Positions 1 to 11,910 of a stretch of 64,000 nucleotides of DNA are shown here, in pieces. The DNA is taken from the NCBI RefSeq assembly GCF_006345805.1, contig NC_043003.1:25606001-25670000 (forward strand), in the 5' to 3' direction. Positions within the stretch are counted from its first letter, which is position 1; each line of letters opens with the position of its first letter. This DNA comes from Octopus sinensis. Its lineage: Eukaryota. The translations under genes and the position numbers were made by a program. Below the pieces are notes generated by a model. The model saw nothing but the letters and a program-made list of their open reading frames with translations, did not search any database and had not been told where the DNA came from.

Positions 1-29
1 GTGGAAGCATGTTTAGACCAACCAGTTTT

Positions 30-330
30 CACTGCTGCATCATACAAATAGCTGGACAGCATTGTTCTACAAAAGTGGCTCTACAGCTCATTCAACTTTC
101 CATGTTCCAGTTTTCATTAACTGCAATTCTATTTGTAATCTTGATATCTACTGCAAATTGGCAAATATAATTTGAGACAGAAGTGCTTCATCTATTGGGA
201 TGAAGCACTACAAATGTTGAAATATGCATATGAGGTTGCATAGTCTTTTGTGAATGATCTAGATATTCTTGGGAATAAAATGGTACTCCTATGCAATTTT
301 TTGACAAACATTTTTTCTTAAAAAATGATT
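30..330 (+). pseudogene. Decayed Helitron PIF1-like helicase, N-terminal part
   Basis: Manual translation gives GSTAHSTFHVPVFINCNSIC (~GRTAHSTFKLP..STCNI), then after a frameshift FIYWDEALQMLKYAYE..GNKMVLL (~IIWDEAPM..FGGKVVLL). Stops and frameshifts present. Confidence 0.7.
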
Positions 331-671
331 GGGTTGTCATTGTAGACATAGTCATTCTTCATTATGATAGAATTTTACCATAGTTAAGAAGTTTGCTTCT
401 TAACCCCTTGACAACGGTTGACTCAAATATACAATCACACTTTTGCTTGCCTATCCGTGGTTAACGTAAATATACAATGTAGAGCTGCCCTACATCTTTC
501 GCGGACTTTTTAGCGGCTGAAGTATGTTTACATTAGCTATCTTGTACTTTATCTCTTGAGGTGCGTGCACTCACCATCCCATGCATTATCTTAGCTATTT
601 TAGGTTATGTTTAAGTCATGAGACTAGCAGTAGACCAATGACATGCAGATGGTTTACATGCATAATGGTTT

Positions 672-866
672 ATGTGCAGGTGGCATGTAAAAAGCACCCA
701 CTACACTCACGGAGTGGTTGGCGTTAGGAAGGGCATCCAGCCATAGAAACACTGCCAAATCTGACGGCCTGATGAAGCCTTCCGGCTTCACAGACCTCAG
801 TTAAACCGTCCAACCCATGCTAGCATGGAAAACGGACGCTAAATGATGATGATGATGATGATGATG
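672..866 (+). mobile_element. RTE-type LINE 3' tail (family A) ending in (GAT)n
   Basis: Same ~190-bp sequence recurs throughout the window (8.1, 17.5, 22.1, 35.4, 37.7, 38.2, 40.4 kb); the 38.2-38.9 kb copy is joined to an RTE ORF2 C-terminus. Confidence 0.8.
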
Positions 867-979
867 AATACCATGTTTTGAATTGTACCACACGCAAGCT
901 ATTTTTTTAACTTGAGCAGAATAACTTGTGTATATCATATTATGATAGATAGCCTCACATAGTTCGTTTTCATAAACCG

Positions 980-1690
980 CTAGACATAAATGTACAACAC
1001 TATGTTATTATAACAGTGAACTTTTATTTTACATGCGAACATTAACTCTGCAAGTGACTTTCCCGAATTAGTATTTGAATTTGGTGTTATGCTATATTCT
1101 CTCAAAAACTTTGTTAGTGTCTCATCATTATCTAGCTTGTTCCTGGCTTTTCTTGAAGCTCTTTTGAACATGTTGACAAATCTTTCCACCTGCCCATTTG
1201 ACCTCAGGTGGTAGGGTGGGGTAAAGATGTGCTTTATGGCATGTATTTTGCAGAAATTTCTTAATTCATATCCCGTGCATTGTATTCCATTATCTGAAAC
1301 TAACGTGTCTGGAACACCATATCAAGCAAATAACTCAAGTAGGAACTTTATTGTTGTCTTTGCTGTGGGTTTATTACATCTGCATACCTCTGGCCATTTT
1401 GTGTAGCTATCCACAATGATTAAATAGTATGCATCAATCACTGGTTTGGCCTAGTCGATATGTACTTGGACCATGGGCTCTAAGTCTCCAGCCACAATTG
1501 GTATTTTACTGGTGGTGCATTGGTTGCCAACACACAGCCTCTATATGCTTTCACCAATTTCTCAATGTCGCTGTCCATAGTTAACCAATAGACAAAGCTC
1601 CTCATTAAAGCTTTCATTCTGGACATTCCTGGGTGCCCACAGTGGAATTGTTGTAATACTTGTTTCTGTGGTGCACTTGGTACTCACTGT
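980..1690 (-). pseudogene. Gypsy integrase remnant
   Basis: GHPG zinc-binding region, IVDSYTKWPE, VSDNG and ERFVNMFK..TPN..SLAELMF motifs, broken by stops. Confidence 0.85.
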
Positions 1691-2528
1691 GCGTGCATTA
1701 AGACATCATTGCATAGTGAGAAATTATTCAAATTTGTATTTTTATTATGCTTATTTTTCAATGTTTCTTTCATTCTTTTAATGTAACTACCCTCTATGGA
1801 TTTCATTTTTATATCATGCGCTGTCACCGGCAGTTCCTGGATTATATTACATACAATACTTCTTACTTCATTTTCTGACTGCAATGTTGCTATCATGGTC
1901 TCTTCTAGTGGTTCCACGCTCTTGGGAATTAGCTTCAATAAGCAATCTGCATGACCAATTTTCTTCGATGGAATATACTGCATCTTAAAATTGTAGTACA
2001 GCAATATTGTACTTCAGCATTGTAGTCAGTTCACTGTATGGTTAAGTAATCCCCTTTTTGATCCAAAAATTGACAGTAATGGCTGAAGGTCAGTCTGTAA
2101 CAAAAAGACTTCTATCATGTTCATTCGAGGATTGAAATGCACTAGTGACAAGTCAGAAATTAGTATTTTCTTTATGTCTTCAAATGCGTTTTGGCACTTT
2201 ACTGACCAATTCCATTTTACTTTTTTTTAGTCTGTTGTTTAATGGTGCTCTCAATTTATGTATATTTGGAAAGTACTGTTGATAGTAATTTACTAGGTCA
2301 AGGAAGGCTTGTAATGTCAGTATATTCATTGGCGGAGGCATATTCTTGACTGTGTCTGCCCTCGACAGGTCAGGATGTCTTCCATTCTTATCTATGATTT
2401 GACCTAGGTCTTTGATTTTGGAACAAAAAAATTCACAATTCTCTTCACTGAGTGTGAAACCATAATCCTTAATTTTTTTAAAGACACATTTCATGTGTTT
2501 GATATGCTCAATCTGTGATTCACTTTTG

Positions 2529-2591
<63 letters not shown>

Positions 2592-4174
2592 ATTTTAAAC
2601 CAGTCGAAAAATCAGCACACAACCTAATTTTGTTATTTCTGCCCATTTCGCGTAATCCACTTTTTCAATGATTCCGTTTTTTACCAATCTGTCCAACTTA
2701 TCATCCACTTGCTTTATTGTTGCAAAAAGCACTCTCCTTTGGGAATGTAACATTATCATAAAAACATGCTAATTCAAAACATGCTTCGGCCTTTGTGCAT
2801 TGGCCTAGTTTGTCCAATAGGACTTGCAGAAACATTTAAAAAAATTTTCTCTTTAACAAATTATTTTTAGAGGGACAACATTTATGTTTTTACAATAGAG
2901 ATATATGAGGAGGTCCCATAAATCAAATAATTTTAACCAATCAGTACCCAACAGATCAGTTGCATTTTTAACAATAAAAACTTTTGCTTTACATGTTTTC
3001 CTTCGAAATAGGACATTAGTCCACATTTTGCCTATGAAATGTAACTTGTTGCTCATCATGCTATGAGCAAATTTCGCTGTTTTTCTCAACATAGGTTTCC
3101 TTATTTTCTTCCTATGTCCATATCTATTATTAAAATATCACTTCCAGTATCCAACTGAAGTTTAATATGTATTTCATTTATTTTGACGTGTCTGAATTTT
3201 CTTATTTGGGAGTTGACTTTTGTTTCTGCTGAGACCACTCCAGGATTTTTAATGTTTGACCTTTGTAATTTTGTACTGCAGAGTGAACTCTTGTGACCAA
3301 TTCTTTTGCAATTGTAATATTTTTGATTTTTAAATGGATAGTCTTTTCTGAAATGTATTCCCCCGATCATCCATAACATGGATTAGGATGTGGCACTCTT
3401 TTTTGGTTGTACTCTTTCGGTTGTATTTTGTATTTTTGAAGAATCCTTTTTTCGAATTTTTCCTACATTGTGTTTCAGGTTTACCATCCTTTGGCATTCT
3501 TCTGTCATGGACTGTAAGGTTCCATTTAGAAAGAAATCTTGCCCAAATGTTTGTATCTCTGCTTGCTGTAAGGCCTTGTATGAAAAAAGACACTTTAACA
3601 TCTCAGGAGTAAGTTCTTTGAGTTTAAAACTGTTACACATCCTGTTGACTGTTCCTGCATATGTGATAAAATCATAATTCTCTTTTTCTATTATATTCCA
3701 ACATCCCATTTTGAGTGTTAAATAGAGACGTTTTATCACCAAATATGTTAGTAATTCTATTGTTTCTTTAAAACAAATTTCAATAACATTCATGTTGTAA
3801 CCAAACTAATTTTCACAATAACAATCTCACTTTTTGTTCATCTGACCATGATTTGCAATCTTGCTTAAAAATCTCCTCTTAGCTTCTGTTGTACAATGCA
3901 AAAGTCATACCCTCCTCTGAATTCATTAATCGAGTTTGAAATGCTATCTAACAAAAATGAACTTACCTCATTTTTAGACTTCTTTGAATATAGCTCCAAT
4001 AATTGTTGTTGTAGTTGTTGCTGTAATAATTGCTTCTGTACTCTTGTTTCTGCTCTTGTTCTAACTTTTGCAACTGTAGTATGGAAGCTAATAGGTCTTC
4101 CATTATTTAATAAGTTGTATCACGAACAAATTTGTTAAATAACCTACATGAGCTTTGAAAACCCCATTGCCATA

Positions 4175-4451
4175 TGTTGTAACTTACATACAATAAATAA
4201 TTTATGTACAATAAATAAGATAACCAGACAACAATAAAAACAATGTAACAAGCTAACAAATCTCTTTACAAACCAACAATCAATATTGCTTGTGAACTAA
4301 CCAACTGACACCTTCTGACTTCACTACGACTATCACAATCTTCACTCGACTCCAAACTCTGAAACTTGAACTCACTCGGATCATTACTATTTATACTTTA
4401 CTCAGACCAGTCTATCTATCACAAGGGGACATCGTAACTTTCATCACAACA
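4175..4451 (-). repeat. 5' LTR of the Gypsy element (277 bp) with adjacent PBS-like sequence
   Basis: Termini TGTTGT...ACAACA. On the minus strand it is followed by TATGGCAATGGGG (4162-4174), a TGG-containing PBS-like stretch, then gag. Confidence 0.75.
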
Positions 4452-4679
4452 ATCATTTCAGCGACTACCAAGTGATTTCTTTTGTCCCATAAACCATTTA
4501 CCATTTCTGTGGTGGCCACCTTCCCTTGATGCCTGAAGCATGTGTTTATTTTGCCTAATGGTTAATCCAGCACTGCTCCTACAAATGATGCGGATTCTTT
4601 AAAGAAGGTAATTTCAAACATATTTGATACTGAAATAGCCCTTTAAAAGCACTGATTTCTGCAAAGCTGAAGTCAATCT

Positions 4680-5090
4680 ATACAATAATCCAATGGAGTT
4701 CCTGAACAGCCATAACTTTGGTAGAGTGACCCTTCTAATGATTTGGCTTTGGAAAGGGATCAGCTGTAGAGCTACTGCAAAATTTATAAACGATTGGTGG
4801 GGTTTGTAATGGAGCAAAATCCAAATGCGCCATTTACATGAACATATAAATGAAGGTGACATTGTTACAGAAGATGAACATTATAGAAAACATGTCATTG
4901 TGCCAAGAATTATACAGAAACCTGATGTACTCTATCATTCAATCTTGTACATTTATAATGTCTAGTTTGAGTGGCTTTCACAATAACAGTCAATAAATCT
5001 CTATGTTTATCATCAAATAAAACAGGACTGTTCTTCCGCTCTGGTCTAGTATCCCATGCACAATATTAGCTTTGTTTTGTCAAATATTAT
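4680..5090 (+). pseudogene. Decayed Helitron helicase, C-terminal part
   Basis: PMEFLNS, ELLQNL*TIGGVCNGA (~LLRNL..GLCNGT), HVIVPRI, AFTITVNKS..SHAQ (~AFAMTINKSQG..SHGQLY). Confidence 0.75.
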
Positions 5091-5210
5091 GAAATTTGCA
5101 AGGTATATTAGCAAATGCTGAAAAATGTTCTCACCAGCATTATGGGTGCCTAAGGCTTTCTCATGTAAAAACTTCCTTCTTAACATTTGTAAAAACTTCA
5201 AACTACATGA

Positions 5211-5248
<38 letters not shown>

Positions 5249-5507
5249 GTGTTCTTTTTAGTATTTATTTAATTTTTGTTCTATTTTATTTTATCTTAAT
5301 CATCTTCATTTTTCATTTATTATCACTATCATCATCATTGGTTGCAGTTGCAGCATCATCATCATCACCACCAAAACAACAACTGCTATGAAAATATGAG
5401 CAGACAATTTATGTGTCTAAGTATATATTTCTCTGTGTGTGTGTATATATATATATATGTAAGAGACCAAAGTGTATATATGCCGCAATATTGTTTTATA
5501 TATAAAA

Positions 5508-6533
5508 AATACAAAAATGGGACAAGAACGCAAAACATCCAGACAGTTAGGTGATACAAAAAAGGGACCATAAAACATCCAGACAGACGATACAAAGAAA
5601 ACAAAGATGGATCATTCGGAGTTTTCTATCCTCGGTCGAGTTCCAGATTATCTTTGCAATTTCGGCTGGTTATACTCAAGATTGCTCCAATCTGGCCAGC
5701 CCCAAGGAAAAACTAAGCTAAGAGCATTAGATTCCTTGGAAGAAAGCAGCGAATGTATACGAAAACAAAGACAGAAAAAAACGTTGAAATGTTACACAAA
5801 TACAATGCAAGTAACAGGACATAACAATAGGTGTCTTTTGACTAAGGACGAATTAAATTAAGCTGGCGTGTGTGGAAGTAAAGCCTTACGGCAGGGACAT
5901 AAGATTTGACAGGCACAGGGAGGAATATAGATGTTGCAAGGATGGAAGTCGAACCAAGAAAGAAAGGTCAAGCTTGGCCTAACACCAGTCACGTAGGGAG
6001 AGAAGAGAGAGAGGTAGAGGCAAAGAGGTAGAAGAATTAAGGAGGGGTGAAAAAAAAGATGAGGACACAGTGAAGTGAGGGAGGAGGGAAAGTGAGCATG
6101 AAGAGAAGGCCAGGAAATGTGAGAGAGGGGGAATGAAAGAAGGAAGAGTGGAATGAATGAAGTAAGCATGAAAGGGCTGATAGAAAGAAGGAAAGAATGA
6201 AAGAATAGAAAGAATAATAGAGTCGTACAAAATTTATATATATATATATATATATATTTACATATAAGAGATCAAAGTGTATGTATGCCACTTGTTTCCT
6301 TCCAAGGAATCTAATGCTCTTAGCTTAGGTTTTCCTTGGGGCTGGCCAGATTGGAGCAATCTTGAGTATAACCAGCTGAAATTGCAAAGGTAATCAAGAA
6401 CTCAACTGAGGATAGAAAACTCAGAATGACCCGTCCTTGTTTTCTTTGTATTGTCTGTCTGGATGTTTTGTTGTCCCTTTTTTGTATCACCTAACTGTCT
6501 GAGTGTTTTGCGTTCTTGTCTCATTTTTGTATT
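5508..6533. mobile_element. Foldback element: ~235-bp inverted arms (5508-5742 / 6299-6533) around a GA-rich core; possibly Penelope-like termini
   Basis: Arms align as reverse complements, e.g. gattgctccaatctggccagccccaaggaaaa / ttttccttggggctggccagattggagcaatc. Family assignment is inference. Confidence 0.7.
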
Positions 6534-6553
6534 ATTTATATACAAAAAATATA

Positions 6554-6794
6554 TAATGAATGAACCTTAAAAATTTAAGGTATAAAAATTTATGGAATAA
6601 AATAGGATAAAAATACGAATAAAAAATATGAAATAAAAATAAAAATAATGATTGGTATTAGGAAGGCAGGGAACCATAATTAGATAAGTTAACATTCATT
6701 TTGTTCATTATTTTTATTTCGTATTTTTTATTCGTATTTTTTATTCATATTTTTTTCCTCTTTTATTCCTTGAATTTTTAAGGTTCATTCATTA
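6554..6794. repeat. AT-rich palindromic MITE-like element
   Basis: Perfect 22-bp terminal inverted repeats taatgaatgaaccttaaaaatt (6554-6575 / 6773-6794) plus inner inverted blocks (aatacgaataaaaaatat / tattttttattcgtatt). Confidence 0.6.
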
Positions 6795-7451
6795 TTTTTA
6801 TTTTTATTCATTAATTTGTAAAGTAAAATTATGTTGATGGTTTTTAGTCAAATAATTTCAATTATCATAGAGTTATATAGAATGTAGATAGAGTAATAAA
6901 TGTGTAGAATCCAGACCTGAAGATTGGAAGTATGTCGATCTAATTGAGTATTGAAACTAGAGACCTTATATCTCAACAATACCAACATACTGTAATGAAA
7001 CACGTGTTGTCTTTAAAATGGAAAGTATGGGATTCTGGATATAGTAAGTATCATGTTTAATATTTTATGGCTCGGTCGGGTATAATATCTTTCAATGTTG
7101 ATTGAGTTGAGGGTGGTTCTGTCTCTAAAACTACTTTTATATATATGAATAAAATATTGAGAGAAGTTCACTTTTGTACTTTTAATGTGAATGTCTCATT
7201 CCTGTGGACTTGGAATTAATCTTCCTTAATAATAAATCGTGTTAACTGGAACGACTCATGTACTGAGAAGAGCATTATCACTGTGAAAGCAACATCCATT
7301 CATGAATTTATTTATTTATTCATTTTTTAAATACATATTTTACACGTGAATTTGCATGTGTAATCTGGGCATGCATAGAATGAGCTTCTCTGCCCTAGGT
7401 GTACGGAAAACACTCGGTGAGAAATGGAAGAAAATTTGAAGAAAGAAGGAA

Positions 7452-7516
<65 letters not shown>

Positions 7517-7518
<2 letters not shown>

Positions 7519-8063
7519 GCCCTGATGGCAGTGACTCTCATGGCTTCTGATCTTAACTGATTGGAAGTGTTATCATGTACAGTGTTTTGTGTTGGTATAA
7601 AAGATGGGCTACAGCAAATATTCTGCTCAATACCACAGATTTGCTTGTAAGTTGTTTGACCTTAACCAGTTGAGTATGTTCCTTAGTGGCTGACAATATG
7701 TGCATCTCTGATCATGAGCAGAAGTAGTGGGGGAGAATCATAGCCATGTGTTGAGAGGGATTCTTTGGGGTTTGAATAATTCACCTTTGGAAACATGGAT
7801 GTTTCATTCAGCATCCTTAAACAACCCTTATTCAGGGACCTTTTGAGCGGGATGGGTAACTAGACCAGAAGAAAATTGTAACTGGGCCCCACCTGCAAGG
7901 TCATGCGCTGTTTATCTTGATATGAGATCACCATGTCGTGCACATATGGTTGTGATACATGTGCCTGGTGAACCCTTATCAGACGGGTAGTCATGATAGA
8001 TATACTGGGCTGTGTATATTTTAAGCCAGTGTCGCTTTGATGGCATGCACCGCTCTCTCACTC
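7517..8063 (+). mobile_element. ~545-bp non-coding interspersed repeat (family B) embedded in (AAT)n
   Basis: A closely similar inverted copy lies at 11104-11637; both copies have (AAT)n/(ATT)n on both sides. Confidence 0.8.
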
Positions 8064-8097
8064 AATAATAATAATAATAACAACAGCAACAACAACA

Positions 8098-8655
8098 TCA
8101 TCATCATCATCATCGCTTAGCATCCGCTTTCCATGCTGGCATGGGTTGGACGGTTCAACTGGGGTCTGGGAAGCCAGAAGGCTGCACCAGGCCCAGTCTG
8201 ATCTGGCAATGTTTCTACGGCTGGATGCCCTTCCTAACGCCAACCACTCCATGAATGTAGTGGGTGCTTTTTACGTGCCACTGGCACAGGTGCCAGACGA
8301 GGCTGGCAAACGGCCACGATCGGATGGTGCTCTTTACGTGCCACCGGCACGGAGGCCTGATGAGGCTGGCAACGGCCACAAACGGATGGTGCTTTTTACG
8401 TGCCACTGGCACGGAGGCAGTCTGGGTGGCGCTGGCAATGGCCATGTTCGGATGGTTCTTTTATGTGCCACTGGCACTGGTATCACAGCTACGATTTCCA
8501 TTGATGTTGATCGATTTTGATTTTGTTTTTGTTTTTGTTTTTCACTCGCCTCAACAGGTCTTCACAAGTAGAGTTTTGTGTCCCAAGAAGGAAAGGTATG
8601 CATAAAGTGGACTGAGGCCACGGGTTATGGCCTCACTTGTCCTGCCGGGTCTTCT
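8098..8655 (-). mobile_element. RTE 3' end with four ~62-66-bp internal tandem units
   Basis: (CAT)n plus family A tail; unit ggtgctttttacgtgccactggcac starts at 8263, 8326, 8388 and 8454. Confidence 0.8.
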
Positions 8656-9099
8656 AACAACAATAATAATAATAATAATAACAACAATAATAAAAGTTAA
8701 CAGGATTTATTTTTCCAAGTTAAATTATGTGTGTGCTTGACTTCAGAGTAAGCAATATATCAAAGCAAAAGGAAACTAGTAGCTGTGTTTGGATTCTCCA
8801 GATCTACTAGCAACCTAGCAAATTAAGAGCAGTAATTAATTACAGGGTTTTATTTAACTTTGGAGCTATTAAGATACCAAGGAAAAAATCATCAAATACT
8901 GACAATGTTTGACTATAGAACTAGTAACATACCAAACTGAAGTCATTCCACTAATGACAGGGTTTCACTCCAAAACTAACAACAATCAGGACTTATAGAG
9001 TCATCCTCTCTCTTTCTCGCCTTCTCTCTTACTCTATCTTCTGTTTATCTACCTGTATACATATATACCTATATGTGTATGTATATATGTGTGTGTGTA

Positions 9100-9142
<43 letters not shown>

Positions 9143-9238
9143 GCACACACACACACATACATGCACATATACATTTTGCTCTCGTCAAAATCACCATTTC
9201 CATCTATTTATCTATCTGTCTGTCTGTCTATCTGTCTG

Positions 9239-9305
<67 letters not shown>

Positions 9306-9860
9306 GTCTGTATGTGTGTGTGTGTGTGAGTAGAAGGTATTATCTCTCTCTCTCTCCCATTCTCTCATGTCAAATCACCATTTTTACATATGATGATAAC
9401 AGGTTACACACTCACACACACCAAACATTTATTCACATACACATACACACACACACACTAATGCACTAATACATCTGTACACACACACACACACACACAT
9501 ACATACTCTCTCTCTCTCTTTCTTTCTTTTACTCTCTCACGCACACACAAACACACAACTTAACATATTTTCACATATAGATGAACATCTGTGCACACAG
9601 ATGAACACAGAAACACACATACATGTATACATACAGACAAATACATATACGTATAGAAACTCACACACACACACACACACACACACAGCCACAAATAGAC
9701 CACTGACACAGCAAAAATACAGGCTTCTAACAATGCCTCAAAGTTAAGGTAGAGATTATTTTATTAAGTATCAGTTGCATACTGGGTTCAATGTAATCAA
9801 CTTACTCCTTCTTCCCAAATTTCTGGCTTTGTGCCAAAATTTAAAGCCATTATTATTATT

Positions 9861-10238
9861 AGCGTTGCTCAAGTTTGTTTCGACCCTTTAGAATTGGAAT
9901 TTTTGAAAAGTAAATTTTTGCATTGTGTAGCTTGTTATTCTCTTTAAGTGAACATTTTTCTGGTTGAATTGCACCGAAAAATGGCAACACAGCAGTCAAA
10001 AAATCGTAAAAAATAGGGATTTTCATAAAAAAAAGGCACCTTTTTGATGTAAATAATTTTTGGTCTTAATATCGTCCAATTTGAATTTTTTCTTCTTCAG
10101 AATAAAGAGCAAGCCTTCTCCTATCATAGTCTCAATTCTGGCCAACTTTTGCCGCAGGGTCTCAGAGGAGATAGTGTTAGTTGAAGGCTACCAAACCTGC
10201 CACACACACACAAACAACTTCAGCTTTATATATATAGA
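9861..10238 (-). mobile_element. Non-autonomous Helitron, 3' end truncated
   Basis: Minus strand starts A|TCTATATATATAAAG (Helitron-type TC start). The other end carries gcgttgctc, as in the hairpin end of the 48796-49193 copy. Confidence 0.6.
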
Positions 10239-10242
10239 TTGT

Positions 10243-10545
10243 GGAGGTACATGGCCTAGTGGTTAGAGCAACGGACTTGCGGTTGAGGGATTGCAGGTTT
10301 GAATCTCAGACTGGGCGATGTGTGTATTTATGAGCAAAACACCTAAGCTCTATGCAGTTTTGGCAGAAGGGAATGTTAAACTTCTGCTGACTCTTTTGCC
10401 TCAACTTTCTTTCACTCTTTCCTCCTGCATCTAGCAGCTCACCTGCAATGGACCAGCGTCCTATCCAGGTGGGGAACACATACGCCAATGAAACTGGAAA
10501 ATCAGCCCTTATCAGCCAGGTATGGTTCAAGAAGGAACAAACAAC
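10243..10545 (+). mobile_element. tRNA-derived SINE (family C)
   Basis: A-box TGGCCTAGTGG, B-box-like GGTTTGAATCT, (CAA)n tail; copies at 16224-16525, 28725-28965 and a variant at 47598-47909. Confidence 0.8.
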
Positions 10546-10570
10546 AACAACAACATTATTATTATTATTA

Positions 10571-10622
<52 letters not shown>

Positions 10623-10635
10623 TTATTATTATTTA

Positions 10636-10868
10636 TGGTGTGCATGAATGTTTTATATTCAGAATGAATATCCTTGATACCAGGTCACAACTAGTTTCCT
10701 TCGATATTGAGGGCATTTCTTACAATCCTTGCTCTTCCTAATAGAGCAGATTTCTGAATTAATGCAACTCCTTTAGTTCCACCAATCTCAATAAGGGAGC
10801 TGTTAAGTTTGTTGGTGATGTTTCCTAGAGCACCTATACCAACTGGGATTTCGTTTGTAGAAATCCTG
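10636..10868 (-). mobile_element. R4/Dong-like non-LTR retrotransposon 3' end
   Basis: EIPVGIGALGNITNKL..LIQKSALLGRARIVRNAL* matches the RLE-clade C-terminus (IVIGALG..LQKSALLGTARILR); short 3' UTR then (AAT)n. Confidence 0.8.
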
Positions 10869-11103
10869 GCAGAAGCTGGCAGAATTGTTTGCACGCTGGA
10901 TGAAAGGCTTAGTGAAATTTTCTCTGTCTTTACATTCTGAGTTCAAATTCTGCTGAGGTTGACTTTGCTCTTCACCCTTTTAGGCTCAATGAAATAGGTA
11001 CCAGTCAAGCACTGGTGTCAATGTAATGTCAAGATTTCATGCCTCGTACCTATAGCAGAAAAGGTTATTATTATTATTATTATTATATTATTATTATTAT
11101 TAT

Positions 11104-11634
11104 TGAGTGAGAGAGCAGTTCATGCCATCAAAGTGACACTGGGGTAAAATATATGAAGCCCAATATACCCATCATGACTACCCGTCTGATAAGGGTACAC
11201 CAGGCACATGCATCACAACCATATGTGCGCGACATGGTGATCTCATATCAAGATAAACAGCACATGACCTTGCAGGTGGGACCCAGTTAGAATTTTCTTC
11301 AGGTTGAGTAGCCCATCCTGCTCAAAAGGTCCCTGAATAAGGGTTGTTTAAGGATGTTGAAAGAACCACCCATGTTTCCAGAGGTGAATTATTCAAACCC
11401 CAAAGAATCCCTCTCAACACACAGCTATGATGCTCCCCCACTACTTCTGCTCATGATCAGAGATGCACATATTGTCAGCCACTAAGGGACATGCTCAACT
11501 GGTTAAGGTCAAACAACTGGCAAGCAAATCTGTGGTATTGAGCAGAATATTTGCTGTAGCCCATCTTTTATACCAACACAAAACAATGAACATGATAACA
11601 CTGCCAATCAGTTAAGATCAGAAGCCATGAGAGC

Positions 11635-11637
<3 letters not shown>
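11104..11637 (-). mobile_element. Family B repeat, inverted copy
   Basis: Reverse complement of 7517-8063; flanked by (ATT)n. Confidence 0.8.
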
Positions 11638-11692
<55 letters not shown>

Positions 11693-11694
<2 letters not shown>

Positions 11695-11910
11695 GGTGGC
11701 GAGCTGGCAGAATCGTTAGCATGCTGGGCAAAATGCTTAGTGGTAGTTTGTCTGTTGCAATGTTCTGAGTTCAAATTCCGCCATGGTCAACTTTGCCTTT
11801 CATCCTTTCAGGATCAATAAATTAAGTACCAGTTGAGTACTGAGGTCGATGTGATCACTGTCCACTCCCCCACCAAATCCAAGCCTTGTGCCTATTGTAG
11901 AAAGGATTAT
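11693..11910 (+). mobile_element. SINE family D (central gactttgcctttcatcctttcggggtcgataaa..aagtaccag domain, Meta/Sauria-like)
   Basis: Head ggtggcgagctggcagaatcgttagc, B-box-like gagttcaaattcc, tail tagaaaggattatt; other copies at ~10870-11075 and 13800-14070. The superfamily name is from memory. Confidence 0.75.

Larger units (their letters stand above)
950..4451 (-). mobile_element. Decayed Ty3/Gypsy (Mag-like) LTR retrotransposon; only the 5' LTR found
   Basis: Minus-strand order gag - protease - RT - RNaseH - integrase. Gag: KVRLLL, knuckle remnant NCKRIGHKSSLC. Protease: LQLDTGSD. RT: KIKDYGFTLSEENCEFF. Integrase: GHPGMSRMKALMRS, YYLIIVDSYTKWPE, YGVPDTLVSDNG, ERFVNMFKRA. Many stops and frameshifts. 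Confidence 0.9.

Noticed and set aside
3896-4138. Plus-strand 80-aa ORF
   Set aside because: Antisense to the Gypsy gag N-terminus.
6800-7300. Non-repetitive-looking segment, possible TE coding relic
   Set aside because: Manual translation gave no recognisable motif.
10243-10320. tRNA-like sequences with A and B boxes (also 14891, 16224, 47598)
   Set aside because: They are SINE heads continuing into repeat bodies; no complete cloverleaf was evident.
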